DNA of 64,000 bases. Source: Candidatus Woesearchaeota archaeon (GTDB taxonomy: Archaea; Nanobdellota; Nanobdellia; Pacearchaeales; GW2011-AR1). The translations under genes and the position numbers were made by a program. The notes under the pieces were generated by a model. That model was given only the letters and a program-made list of their open reading frames with translations, did no database searches and had not been told where the DNA came from. Positions 20,571-30,071 of this stretch are shown here, piece by piece (within the stretch, counting starts at the first letter, position 1; every line of letters begins with the position of its first letter). The DNA is taken from NCBI GenBank assembly GCA_964344105.1, contig CAYFMD010000001.1, positions 4,671-68,670 on the forward strand, read 5' to 3'.

Positions 20571-21248
20571 TTATCTCTTCATTCCTTCTTTGTCTTTATA
20601 CTCTGCTGCAATCTCTTGCGCAACCTCATGCTCAATCTTGTTATCTTTAATAGAAAAAACATCAATTCCAAAACCGCTTCCAGTATCTCTCTGAGTACTT
20701 GACTTCAAAGACTCAACAGCCATCTTAACTCCTTCTTCACAAGTAATATCTTTCTTCCATTCCCTCTCCAAGAATCCTAAAACATAAGGCATACCTGAAC
20801 CAAAGTTAGCATCATAATCTTCTACTTTCATAGCTGTTCCAGCAGGTTCAATAGTGTAAAGCTCAGCAGTACCATCTTCATTAAATCCAGCAACCAAAGT
20901 ACCAACAATTGAAGGCACCATTGAGGGCTGTCTAATATTTCTATAAGTCAACATACCAATCAAATTAGCCGCTTCTCTTACCGTAGGCCTTCTCTTACTC
21001 TTTAATTCCTTTAATCTCAACTCAGCTCTAATAACTTTCTTCTGCAACTCAATATCTGCAACCATTCCAGTTGCACTAATCACAATATAATCATTAATCT
21101 TAACAGCTTTCTGAACATTCTTACCAACAACTAAATTCCCAGCAGTACTTTGCCTATCAGCCCCCATAACAACTCCGTCTTTACAAACTATACCAACTAG
21201 CGTCGTACCAGAATGCAGAAAATTTTGCTCTAATTCTTGTTTATTCAT
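20571..21248 (-). CDS. psmB: Proteasome beta subunit
   Basis: It has a propeptide followed by GTTLVGIVCKDGVVMGADRQ, which carries the N-terminal Thr active site. Confidence 0.85.
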   Translation of the reverse strand: MNKQELEQNFLHSGTTLVGIVCKDGVVMGADRQSTAGNLVVGKNVQKAVKINDYIVISATGMVADIELQKKVIRAELRLKELKSKRRPTVREAANLIGMLTYRNIRQPSMVPSIVGTLVAGFNEDGTAELYTIEPAGTAMKVEDYDANFGSGMPYVLGFLEREWKKDITCEEGVKMAVESLKSSTQRDTGSGFGIDVFSIKDNKIEHEVAQEIAAEYKDKEGMKR

Positions 21249-21310
21249 CTTAATAATATTCTAACAATACACCAAAACTTAGAATTTATAATATCTACTA
21301 GCAGTTTGGG

Positions 21311-21319
21311 TTTATAAAG
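21311..21319 (-). promoter_or_regulatory. TATA-like TTTATAAAG upstream of psmB
   Basis: It lies about 60 nt upstream of the psmB ATG on the minus strand. Confidence 0.35.
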
Positions 21320-21326
21320 TTTTTTA

Positions 21327-23375
21327 TTACTCAGTCTTACTAATCCCCTCCTCTTTCTTAATCTTCACAATATTATCTACAAAATCTTCCATCTTCTGCT
21401 CATGGCTAACCATTATCAATTGCTCAGTTTCTAATTGTTCTAAAACCTCTCGCATCTTCTCTAACTGCTGAGCCGAGAAACCATCCGTAGGCTCATCCAA
21501 TATCACTAAATTACTTGTCTTGATATTGCTCATTAAACTATTGATAACTTGATTCAAAGATAACCTATAAGCTAAAGCAATAGCTGTTCTCTCCCCTCCA
21601 GATAAGAACTGATAGTCTATCTCAAATCCATTCTGTTCTATTACTGGACTAAAATCATCCTCCAACCTAGCACTTAAGCTATCTGAAACCAAACTCGCAA
21701 ACCAGCTAGAGAAAAGATGAGAAAACTCATGCTTCAAAGTACTCATAACTTGCTTCTCAGTAAACAAAACAATCTCCAAGAACTTCCCAGAAATCCAATC
21801 CTCTAGCCCTTTAAGCTGATCAGTATCCTCTTTCAACTTCTCCTTCTTACTAATCCTCTCTCCTAACTCCTTAATCTGAGTTTCTAAGAACTCAACTTCC
21901 TTTCCTATCTCAGCCTTCCTAATACTAGCATTCTTCTCCTTTTCTTTAGCTTTCTCAAGATCAGCACTCCTCTCACTAAATACAACATCATACTTATCAT
22001 AACTCTTTATCTCCTCATCCAATCTTCCATTCTGCTGACTAAGCATCAAAACATCTTCATTCAAACCAACAATCTGCTTCTCTATCTCACTAATCCTACT
22101 TTCCTTTTCCTTAAAACTATCAATCTTAACCTTCAACAAATCCATATCATTCTTCTGTTTCTCAAACTTCCCTATCAAATCCTTAACAACATTAATCTTC
22201 TCAATCAAATCTTTCTTCCTCTTATCATAACCATAGATATTATTATCAACATCATCAATAACTTTCTTAGCATTCTCCAACATGCCATCCTTATACTCAT
22301 TACTAACTGCTTGCAAACAAGTAGGACATTTATCCAAACCACTTATCTGTCTAACTAAACTACCAGCCTCTTCCTTCTTACCTTCTAAAGCCTTCATCTT
22401 ACCTATCAACTCAACATACTCTCCATGCAACTCCTCATGCTTATTATTCTGAACAACAATCCTCTGTCCAACAGAATTATACTCATCCTCACTAAACTTT
22501 AACTTCTCAACTTCCTCTAACTGATCTTTCAAAGCCTTCACATCAACCTCATTTCTAGCTATCTGACTCTTCTTCTCATCAATCAACATAATATTCTTAT
22601 CCTTATCACCTTCAAATTTCTTCTTCTCATCAATTTTCTCTTTTACCTCTTCCAGGTTTTTCTCTCTAACCTCTCTATCCCTAAAGGCATTAATATAATC
22701 TTCCTCAGAACTAATCATATTTTCCTTACTTTCAATCAAACTACTCTCCTTCTCCAACAATCCAGACTTCAATTCATCCAAATCACCATACAAAGCCTCA
22801 TTTATCTTAACCTTCTCTCTCAACTTTCCATTTAAGATCTTAGCATTCTCCTGTATCCTCTTATACTTATCAATACCAAAGACATGCCTTAGAGTATTCA
22901 ACCTAACATCCTTACTCTCCATAATAATCTCCTTCATCTCTTCCTGAGGCGTATAAACAGTAAATTTGTACAAAAGGTTAGTCTTCTTTGCAAACTCTCC
23001 AGGATAATTCAACAAATCCAATATCTTAGCCTTAACTTCACTCACACTCTCTTCAAACTTCTCGTTATCAATAGTAATAGAAACATAGTCTTGATTGATA
23101 GAACTCTTTTTACGCTTTAATGTACGCTCAACAACAATCTCTTTGCCTTCAATTTCAAACTCCAGAATAACCTTCCCTTCATCACACCCATTTCGCAATA
23201 AACTATTGCCTTTCTGACTTGGCTGAAGGCCAAACAACGCAAACTCAACCGCCAAAAGAATCGTAGTCTTCCCACTACCAATATCTCCAGACAACAAAAT
23301 ACTCCCCTTAGGAAACTCCACCACCTGATTCTCATAACTACGCAAGTTCTCAATTACTAGCTTTTTCAATAACAT
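21327..23375 (-). CDS. Rad50/SbcC-family SMC-like ATPase (short, 682 aa) with a zinc hook
   Basis: It has the Walker A motif GDIGSGKTT, a long coiled-coil, a CPTC zinc hook, the signature LSGGERTAIALAYRL and Walker B LVILDEPT. Confidence 0.7.
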   Translation of the reverse strand: MLLKKLVIENLRSYENQVVEFPKGSILLSGDIGSGKTTILLAVEFALFGLQPSQKGNSLLRNGCDEGKVILEFEIEGKEIVVERTLKRKKSSINQDYVSITIDNEKFEESVSEVKAKILDLLNYPGEFAKKTNLLYKFTVYTPQEEMKEIIMESKDVRLNTLRHVFGIDKYKRIQENAKILNGKLREKVKINEALYGDLDELKSGLLEKESSLIESKENMISSEEDYINAFRDREVREKNLEEVKEKIDEKKKFEGDKDKNIMLIDEKKSQIARNEVDVKALKDQLEEVEKLKFSEDEYNSVGQRIVVQNNKHEELHGEYVELIGKMKALEGKKEEAGSLVRQISGLDKCPTCLQAVSNEYKDGMLENAKKVIDDVDNNIYGYDKRKKDLIEKINVVKDLIGKFEKQKNDMDLLKVKIDSFKEKESRISEIEKQIVGLNEDVLMLSQQNGRLDEEIKSYDKYDVVFSERSADLEKAKEKEKNASIRKAEIGKEVEFLETQIKELGERISKKEKLKEDTDQLKGLEDWISGKFLEIVLFTEKQVMSTLKHEFSHLFSSWFASLVSDSLSARLEDDFSPVIEQNGFEIDYQFLSGGERTAIALAYRLSLNQVINSLMSNIKTSNLVILDEPTDGFSAQQLEKMREVLEQLETEQLIMVSHEQKMEDFVDNIVKIKKEEGISKTE

Positions 23376-23424
23376 TTCTCACCTGAAAATACAATATCTA
23401 ACTTCTTTTTAAGAATAATTACAC

Positions 23425-23688
23425 TCAATCATCAAAATCAAGAGTCCCTTCTAGATCAACCACCTCTCCATTATCAGGTACTGGTATGGCATCAAAAGAG
23501 TCATATACTCTAAGCATATAATCATGAGGATGTTCGGTAATTCTATAGTTATCCATCAATTTCTCTCGCCTATCCATCCTACCCCCCGTATCTTCTAGAG
23601 TTAGTATATTACCATCATCATTAACAACTATCTCTCCTCCTCTAATTAAACAAAGATATCTTGGACGATCCATATTAAAATCAACCAC
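23425..23688 (-). CDS. Hypothetical protein (87 aa)
   Basis: It is a clean ORF upstream of the Rad50-like gene. It is not Mre11. Confidence 0.4.
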   Translation of the reverse strand: MVDFNMDRPRYLCLIRGGEIVVNDDGNILTLEDTGGRMDRREKLMDNYRITEHPHDYMLRVYDSFDAIPVPDNGEVVDLEGTLDFDD

Positions 23689-23758
23689 CTCTAATATTTA
23701 AAAAAGAAGAAAAAAGGAGAAAGAAAAAAAGAAAAAATTAAGATTCAAACCTTACTAA

Positions 23759-25018
23759 TTAGTAGTAGTTTGTTTCTCCAAATTCTTCAGCTTCTGCAGG
23801 TCTTCTTGATAGCAAAACTATCAAAACGATTAGCAATACTACAAAGATAATTACTAGAACTACAGTCAAAACAACAGTATTATCTGTTCCGTCAACTGCC
23901 TTACCAGTAACACCTACTCTAGAAGGCTCTTCTACGTTAACACTGAAACTAACTTGCTTTGCAGCACCAGTATCAGTATTAGCGTTTAGAGTAACTACAT
24001 ATGTACCTTCATCAGTATTCTTAGTAGCCTTTACATCAACCTTTACAGTTCTACTTGAGTCAGCAGCTACTGCAACAACAGATTCAGATACGTCTACAAG
24101 AACACCAGAAGTATCTTCAGGCATTATATTGTAAACAACCATTCTGTTGCTTGGGTTAACAAGAACCAAGTCAAAACTTGTCTCTTGTCCAGGTGAGATT
24201 GTCTTTGAAGTTGCTGATGGAATTACTCCACCTTGAACATCCTCAATAACAACTCTTCCCAGAGCAGTAATACTAGCATCATAGTTGTATGCTTCAACTT
24301 CTATCTCATAGTTACCTGGAGCGGCATTATTTGGTATAGTCAAGTAAACTCTCTTAACAACAGCATCATTGATGTCATCGTCAAATTCGTCTACAGATGG
24401 AGCTAAATCTCCAGCGTATACCTTTCTTGAAACTCCTAGACCAGGGATAGAGGCTTTAACATAAACGTTGTCAAGTCTGTCGTATCCGTTGTTTTCAACA
24501 ACAACATCAACAGCTACACTGTTACCAGCAACAACAACATCAGATAGATCAATACTCAATAGATTCAAACTGTGAAGTTCTCTCTGAATAGTCAATGGAA
24601 TTTCGTATTCTTGTGAACTCTCACCGTTAGCGCTGAATCTAACAAGCAAAGTAACATCATCTGACAAATCATCAAAGTCTTCAGTTGAAGGCATCTTCAA
24701 TGTGAATCTCTTCACATAAGTGTTACCATCAAGAATCAAAAATCTTGAACTTTCGTCCTCAATATCGTTCTTGAAACCTTCAATGTAAACCTTAACTCTA
24801 ACATCTTCAACTTCTCCAAGAGAGTTAAACTTAACTTCTACTGGAACTGTCTCAGAAGCGTCAACTGCTACTGCGTTAGCAACATTGTCAAGATTCATAG
24901 AAATACCATTGAATTCAACATCAGTGATATCTACAAAACCTTGTGCAACAACTGTACTTAGGGCAAATGTTATAGCAAATAATGCTACAAATGAAACCAA
25001 AAGCGCTTTACTTTTCAT
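23759..25018 (-). CDS. Secreted surface protein (S-layer-like) with signal peptide and C-terminal TM anchor
   Basis: The signal peptide is MKSKALLVSFVALFAITFALS. It has Thr/Val-rich beta-like repeats and a C-terminal TM helix VVLTVVLVIIFVVLLIVLIVLL. Confidence 0.65.
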   Translation of the reverse strand: MKSKALLVSFVALFAITFALSTVVAQGFVDITDVEFNGISMNLDNVANAVAVDASETVPVEVKFNSLGEVEDVRVKVYIEGFKNDIEDESSRFLILDGNTYVKRFTLKMPSTEDFDDLSDDVTLLVRFSANGESSQEYEIPLTIQRELHSLNLLSIDLSDVVVAGNSVAVDVVVENNGYDRLDNVYVKASIPGLGVSRKVYAGDLAPSVDEFDDDINDAVVKRVYLTIPNNAAPGNYEIEVEAYNYDASITALGRVVIEDVQGGVIPSATSKTISPGQETSFDLVLVNPSNRMVVYNIMPEDTSGVLVDVSESVVAVAADSSRTVKVDVKATKNTDEGTYVVTLNANTDTGAAKQVSFSVNVEEPSRVGVTGKAVDGTDNTVVLTVVLVIIFVVLLIVLIVLLSRRPAEAEEFGETNYY

Positions 25019-25061
25019 GTTATAAGTTTCCTTAATTTAATTACTAAAAACATCCTATTTT

Positions 25062-25073
25062 GCTTTATAAAGC
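25062..25073. promoter_or_regulatory. Palindromic TATA element GCTTTATAAAGC between the divergent surface-protein gene (-) and the RHH gene (+)
   Basis: It matches the 12-mer at 63339-63350. Confidence 0.4.
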
Positions 25074-25143
25074 TTTCCATATTGTAGTAACTATATAATA
25101 AGAACAATAATAGAAATGCTTAAATAGTATAAGTTGGTATGAT

Positions 25144-25431
25144 TTGGTATACCAAATCAAGAATAAGATGAAAAAACAACCCACCACGACGATAAAAATA
25201 CAAAAGGAAACAAAGGAAAGATTAGATAGATTAAAGGAAAGCGACAGAGAATCTTACGAAGAAATCTTACGAAAAATCCTATTTATTCTAAACACAAGCA
25301 AGACAAATCCTCAGAGAGCTAGAAGCCTTATGAACAAGATTGATAGATCAAGAAAAGATAAAGATCAGTATAACAAGGTATACCAAAAGGCATCTGAAGA
25401 TGGTGATGAAAAATCAAGTGATGATAACTAA
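25144..25431 (+). CDS. Ribbon-helix-helix (CopG/Arc-like) small DNA-binding protein
   Basis: It has a beta-strand followed by helices (TTTIKIQKETKERLDRLK...SYEEILRKIL) and a charged C-terminal tail. Confidence 0.45.
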   Translation: MVYQIKNKMKKQPTTTIKIQKETKERLDRLKESDRESYEEILRKILFILNTSKTNPQRARSLMNKIDRSRKDKDQYNKVYQKASEDGDEKSSDDN

Positions 25432-26168
25432 TTATCTCCTGCCAAAACCCGTTCCAATCTATCATAATCAATCCTATTTTTTACTCTTTTCTTAAACTGA
25501 TCTTGGGCATCATCTGTTAACCCATAAACTGCAGGAATATTTCCTCTATACGTAACATAAACTAATCCTTCACCTTTAACAATGTTAACATGATCATAAA
25601 ATGTTCTACGAACCATTGAAGCAGGTTTCCAATCTCTGGCCTTTTTCTCTGCAACAACTCTATCAATAATCTTAGGAGTTTCCAATTCACCATCCATTGC
25701 AAGAACATATAATATCAAAGCCTGATTCAAGTTACGTCCTTCCCATCCAATTGATGCAGCCCTCAATCTATTGTTTCTTTCAGAGTAGCTATTGGTCCCC
25801 ATAGTCTCTGCTTGCATAGTTCTCCTATAAGATTCTTTTTGCCTCTCAATAGATAACTCATTATTCCCAATGACTACAAGATTTAATCTGCCCTTATTTC
25901 GGTCTATTGTACATCTATGTAGATCCATAACATCTGCAATTTGTTGAAAATTAAGACCTTGAGAATTTAGGTATTGAATTAATGCATCATCTTCCTCAGA
26001 TAGATACCTATCACTTGCACTTGACCTTCCAATACTTTCTAGATATCTTCTAACAGTAGTTCTGCCTCTATTTATTCTTCCTGCAATAGCAGTATTATCA
26101 TGCCCAGAATCATGTAATCTTCTTATTCTCCTTTTTTCGTTAGAACTAAGAGCTTTTGGATTTCGCAT
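25428..26168 (-). CDS. DNA-binding protein with two HTH motifs
   Basis: The first HTH is LSSNEKRRIRRLHDSGHDNTAIAGRINRGRTTVRRYL and the second is LNFQQIADVMDLHRCTIDR. It overlaps the upstream gene by 23 nt. Confidence 0.5.
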   Translation of the reverse strand: MRNPKALSSNEKRRIRRLHDSGHDNTAIAGRINRGRTTVRRYLESIGRSSASDRYLSEEDDALIQYLNSQGLNFQQIADVMDLHRCTIDRNKGRLNLVVIGNNELSIERQKESYRRTMQAETMGTNSYSERNNRLRAASIGWEGRNLNQALILYVLAMDGELETPKIIDRVVAEKKARDWKPASMVRRTFYDHVNIVKGEGLVYVTYRGNIPAVYGLTDDAQDQFKKRVKNRIDYDRLERVLAGDN

Positions 26169-26931
26169 AAATCTCCAACCCCTCTACCGAATCATCCACC
26201 ATATTCGGACTTTCGTTTATTATTACAATATCCTTATCCTCTGGCAACTCTTTTAACATTCCCTTCCAATCTTCAGTCTCTGTCTTCTTATGATGCTTCT
26301 CACCCTTATCTCCATAAACAATCCCTGTAAAATGGCAATGCCAATTTTTCTTCTTAAACAATTTCCTCAAGGCAGGATAATCAACCTGTTTATCTCTAGC
26401 TAATATGTGGGCAAAATCTATACAGAACTCACAACCAGTATCTTCTGTCAATCTATAAATCTGATCAAAGCTACCAAATACATTAACCTTTCCCATAGTC
26501 TCCGGAGCAATCTTTATCTTCCACCCCTTTTCCTTTATAGTATCCATAATATCTTGAACAGCATCCCTGACATTATTGTAAGCATCCTCTTCACTCATCC
26601 CACTATAATATCCTGGATGAAAAACAACTCTATAACAACCCAGCTTCTCACCAACCTCACAACAAGCCAATATCCTTTTCTTACTATTCTCTATCTTTTC
26701 AGGCTCCTTACTATTAAGATTAACAAAGTATGGAGCATGAATACTTAACTTAATATCTAATCTCTCGGCAGCCTCTCTAATCATCTTAATATCTTCATCC
26801 TTCTTGATATAAACACTATAAGTAAATGCTATCTCGCAAGCTTTAAAGCCCAGTCTAGCATATTCTTCTAAATTCGCAACTGCATCCTTAACCGGCCCAA
26901 GACCAGCAGGCCCAAATCTAACAGATCCCAT
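26146..26931 (-). CDS. AP endonuclease family 2 (endonuclease IV-like, xylose-isomerase-like TIM barrel)
   Basis: The IHAPYFVNLNS segment resembles the Nfo HAPYLINL motif, and metal-ligand His/Glu residues follow at the expected spacing. Confidence 0.5.
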   Translation of the reverse strand: MGSVRFGPAGLGPVKDAVANLEEYARLGFKACEIAFTYSVYIKKDEDIKMIREAAERLDIKLSIHAPYFVNLNSKEPEKIENSKKRILACCEVGEKLGCYRVVFHPGYYSGMSEEDAYNNVRDAVQDIMDTIKEKGWKIKIAPETMGKVNVFGSFDQIYRLTEDTGCEFCIDFAHILARDKQVDYPALRKLFKKKNWHCHFTGIVYGDKGEKHHKKTETEDWKGMLKELPEDKDIVIINESPNMVDDSVEGLEIYAKSKSS

Positions 26932-26990
26932 CTTGATTTTCTCCTAAATTAAAATGCTTAGAATAATATTAAAATCTATTGGTAATTGAA

Positions 26991-27491
26991 TCATCCCAAC
27001 TCAGCTTTTATCTGCCCCAAATTATTCAATATCTGATTATGCAACCTATCTATAATTATCTCTTGCAATTCTTCTCTCAACCTTCCACTACAAGCCAACA
27101 TATCTTTCTCCGGCCTTATGTCCTCAAACTTGTTGACCTTACAAATCATATTCAATCCTTCTAAACTTTCCGCATCATCCCCTCCATCTTTAACCCTCAT
27201 TAATCTAACATCAACATTACAATAACTATTCCCATTCTTACTAAGTATCTCATACCTATAAACATAATTATCATCTTCAATAACCAAAAAACTCTTCTTA
27301 CAACTCATCAAATATTCCTGATAACAAGCAAAATCTCCACATTCAGTAACCGAACCATAAATCATAAAGTAATACAAGAATCCCAATCCTACCAAAATAA
27401 TAACAATAGAAGCAATTATAGAGCCACTCGACACCAACTTTCTAAATTCAGACTTGTGAGTACCACTACGTTTTCTGATTCTCTTTTTCAT
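26991..27491 (-). CDS. N-terminally membrane-anchored hypothetical protein
   Basis: It has a basic N-terminus followed by the TM helix IIASIVIILVGLGFLYYFMIY. Confidence 0.45.
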   Translation of the reverse strand: MKKRIRKRSGTHKSEFRKLVSSGSIIASIVIILVGLGFLYYFMIYGSVTECGDFACYQEYLMSCKKSFLVIEDDNYVYRYEILSKNGNSYCNVDVRLMRVKDGGDDAESLEGLNMICKVNKFEDIRPEKDMLACSGRLREELQEIIIDRLHNQILNNLGQIKAELG

Positions 27492-27541
27492 GACCTGAAA
27501 AACAAAAATAACTATATAAATGTTATTTTAGAAAGACTATT

Positions 27542-28792
27542 TTACAAACTAACCAAATTAATATCTGTATCAGCACTTACGAAATTACTAGCAATTAAAT
27601 TACTACAACCTAGCTTCTCGCAATTCTCAATCAATCTTGGAGTTGCAGCACCATCAATTGCAATAATATAAGCATTTTCATCCAAATCAACACTTCCTAA
27701 TCTACCTGCCGGAACTTTCTTAATCTCTTCCAATTTCTCGTTAAATATCAAAGCACCCTTAGTACCAACCAAATCTCCAATCTTACCCTTAACTTCTTCC
27801 TTCTCCTTAGCAGTCATTTTCTTAACCTTTCTATCAGATCTGTCAACTTTAGGTTTCTCCTCTCTATCTCTATAACTTGATCTCCTATCATCTCTGTCCC
27901 TAGAACCTCTTCTATCGTCTCTATCATAACTTCTCCTTCCTCTATCCTCATAGCTTCTTCCTCTGCCTCTATTATCTGGCTTATAACCCTTGGCAGGAAC
28001 TTTTTTTCTCAAAGCTTGTAGAGCTTCTTTTCCAGTTAACTCTTCAACTTCCTTTCCATCAGGAGCCATTGCAATAAAATCAATCTTAGCATTTTCTGTA
28101 ACATTCTTAATAATCAAGTTTCCGCCTCTGTCTCCGTCAACGAACAAGATTACAGTTTCTTTTTCTTTACTAAGCTCAACAACACTTTCAGGCAACTTTG
28201 TACCATTCATAGCTATAACATTCTTAATACCTTTCTTCAACATATTAACAACATCTGCTCTTCCTTCAACAATTATCAACTCATCTCCACTAATGTCCCC
28301 GCAAGGAATATTCTCAGTACCATAACTCTGCATCTTAGACAATTTAGCTGAATCCTTAATCTCTTCACTCATCTCATCAACTTCCATATCATCACTACCA
28401 AACTTAGCCATTAGTTTCTTAGCTCTATCAAGAATGTAATCTCTCTTACTTCCTCTAACATCTTCAATCTCTTCAATTGTAATCTTAGTATCTGTAGGAC
28501 CAACTCTCTCAATTGTTTCTAAAGCAGCTGCAATTATAGTTGTTTCAGTCTTATCCATTGCTGTAGGAACTTCAATCTCTCCAGTTGTTTTACCTTCTCC
28601 ATAATCAACATTAACTTCAATTCTACCTATCTTTCCGCTCTTCTGAAGCTCTCTCATTTCAAGATCATCTCCCAAAAGACCTTCAGTCTGTCCGAAAACA
28701 GCTCCGATCATATCAGGCTTCTCAATAGCTCCGCTAGCTTCAAACTTTGCATGTATGATATACTTTATCGATACAGGTGATATTTTTGCCAT
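27542..28792 (-). CDS. dnaG: Archaeal DnaG (Toprim primase / exosome-associated) with an RD/RS-rich low-complexity insert
   Basis: It has the archaeal DnaG N-terminal region MAKISPVSIKYIIHAKFEASG...GQTEGLLGDD and the Toprim domain IIVEGRADV...ILFVDGDRGG. The insert is RGRGRSYEDRGRRSYDRDDRRGSRDRDDRRSSYRDRE. Confidence 0.85.
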   Translation of the reverse strand: MAKISPVSIKYIIHAKFEASGAIEKPDMIGAVFGQTEGLLGDDLEMRELQKSGKIGRIEVNVDYGEGKTTGEIEVPTAMDKTETTIIAAALETIERVGPTDTKITIEEIEDVRGSKRDYILDRAKKLMAKFGSDDMEVDEMSEEIKDSAKLSKMQSYGTENIPCGDISGDELIIVEGRADVVNMLKKGIKNVIAMNGTKLPESVVELSKEKETVILFVDGDRGGNLIIKNVTENAKIDFIAMAPDGKEVEELTGKEALQALRKKVPAKGYKPDNRGRGRSYEDRGRRSYDRDDRRGSRDRDDRRSSYRDREEKPKVDRSDRKVKKMTAKEKEEVKGKIGDLVGTKGALIFNEKLEEIKKVPAGRLGSVDLDENAYIIAIDGAATPRLIENCEKLGCSNLIASNFVSADTDINLVSL

Positions 28793-29141
28793 TTTTTATC
28801 TTTTCTCCATATACAAAACATCCAAAGAAAATCAAGAAAAATTAGTCCAGAGAACCTCTAATTCTCTTCCTCCGCCCCTATCATAAACGTTCTATATTGA
28901 ACATGATTGTGATGTGATTAAACTAATATTCTTTGTTAATCTCTTAATATTCTGATACCTATTACACAATTATTTAACTTATAAACCTTTGGGTCAATAA
29001 ACTAGAAAAGTTAGGAACACATTTGGAAACTCTCTATTCTTTATAAATATTGTTCCAATAAATTACAAAGAAAATATAACGAAAAAGTTTATAAAGAATT
29101 TACTCAATATAGAACCAATAAAAAACGAGGGATAAATAAAG

Positions 29142-29207
29142 ATGGTTGAGGTTGATGAATTTGACGACAATCTAGATAGCCTGGATCTAGAAGAACTTGA
29201 TGAGTAA
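29142..29207 (+). CDS. Candidate 21-aa acidic micro-protein (MVEVDEFDDNLDSLDLEELDE)
   Basis: The ATG is preceded by the SD-like sequence GAGGGA 9 nt upstream and by a TATA-like GTTTATAAAG at 29087-29096. Confidence 0.25.
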   Translation: MVEVDEFDDNLDSLDLEELDE

Positions 29208-29304
29208 GTTTCCATTTTTTTAATTAATTCAGTTCTCCAGAAATGATAGGAAGATTGCACCTAACACCGTCGACAAATCCCTAGAATTTTAAATATTTCC
29301 AATT

Positions 29305-29634
29305 CTAAAACCCAAATTCAAATCCTGCTTTTCTTAGCTTTCCTAAATATAAAACATATCTCATGTTGTCAGCTCTCACAATTTCTAAACTATTTTCGGC
29401 ATCTAATCCTCTAGAACTAAAAGTTGGTAATCCATCAACTCTACCTGGGTAATTAGTCTGTCTATCAACTTGATGATAAACATGCAATATTCTATCTCCT
29501 CCAGAAATAATCGGCTCCACAAAACCAATGCCACTTATATTATTATCAGATACCAAGACTCCATCATGATCTCTAGATCCTCCTATAAAAACCCTTTCTC
29601 CAACAAAATCACTAGCATCAGTTAATCTTACCAT
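29305..29634 (-). CDS. Hypothetical protein (109 aa)
   Basis: It is a clean ORF with an AT-rich upstream region. Confidence 0.4.
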   Translation of the reverse strand: MVRLTDASDFVGERVFIGGSRDHDGVLVSDNNISGIGFVEPIISGGDRILHVYHQVDRQTNYPGRVDGLPTFSSRGLDAENSLEIVRADNMRYVLYLGKLRKAGFEFGF

Positions 29635-29661
29635 TCTATAAAATTAAAACAAAATTAATAA

Positions 29662-29856
29662 CTATCTTTTCGCACCCGGAAAATATTCATGAACTGGTCT
29701 TCCATCAACTTCTACAGGAATCTTCTTATCTCCCACTTGATAAAATGTATCCATTTGAGTATTCCCATTATAATCTCCTCTTTGAAGATTAAAACCTGCC
29801 TCGGCCCTCTTACCTTCAGCATAAGCATTCGCAGTAGCAACATAAGAATCCCTCAA
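29662..29856 (-). CDS. Small secreted-type protein. The track ORF starts at TTG, and the frame continues upstream into a signal-peptide-like segment interrupted by an in-frame TAA.
   Basis: Upstream, MSQADKVKAI-TAA-KGRSHRVESLCGLGAVVAFFGFITADEWAPAL is in the same frame. Confidence 0.3.
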   Translation of the reverse strand: MRDSYVATANAYAEGKRAEAGFNLQRGDYNGNTQMDTFYQVGDKKIPVEVDGRPVHEYFPGAKR

Positions 29857-30071
29857 AGCAGGAGCCCACTCATCTGCAGTAATAAAGCCAAAGAAAGCAA
29901 CAACTGCTCCTAACCCACAAAGAGACTCAACTCTATGACTCCTTCCCTTTTAAATCGCTTTAACTTTATCAGCTTGACTCATAGCAAATCTACATCTAAC
30001 AACTATTTAAACATTTCTCTAAAAAAACTTAACAGTAACTGTTAAACTATGATTTTAAAATATCAAAAGAA

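Noticed and set aside
29950-29952. The possibility that the in-frame TAA reflects genome-wide stop-codon reassignment
   Set aside because: TAA, TAG and TGA all terminate conserved genes (rpoB, fusA, tuf and others) at expected positions. ORFs of 1000 to 1500 codons contain no internal stops.
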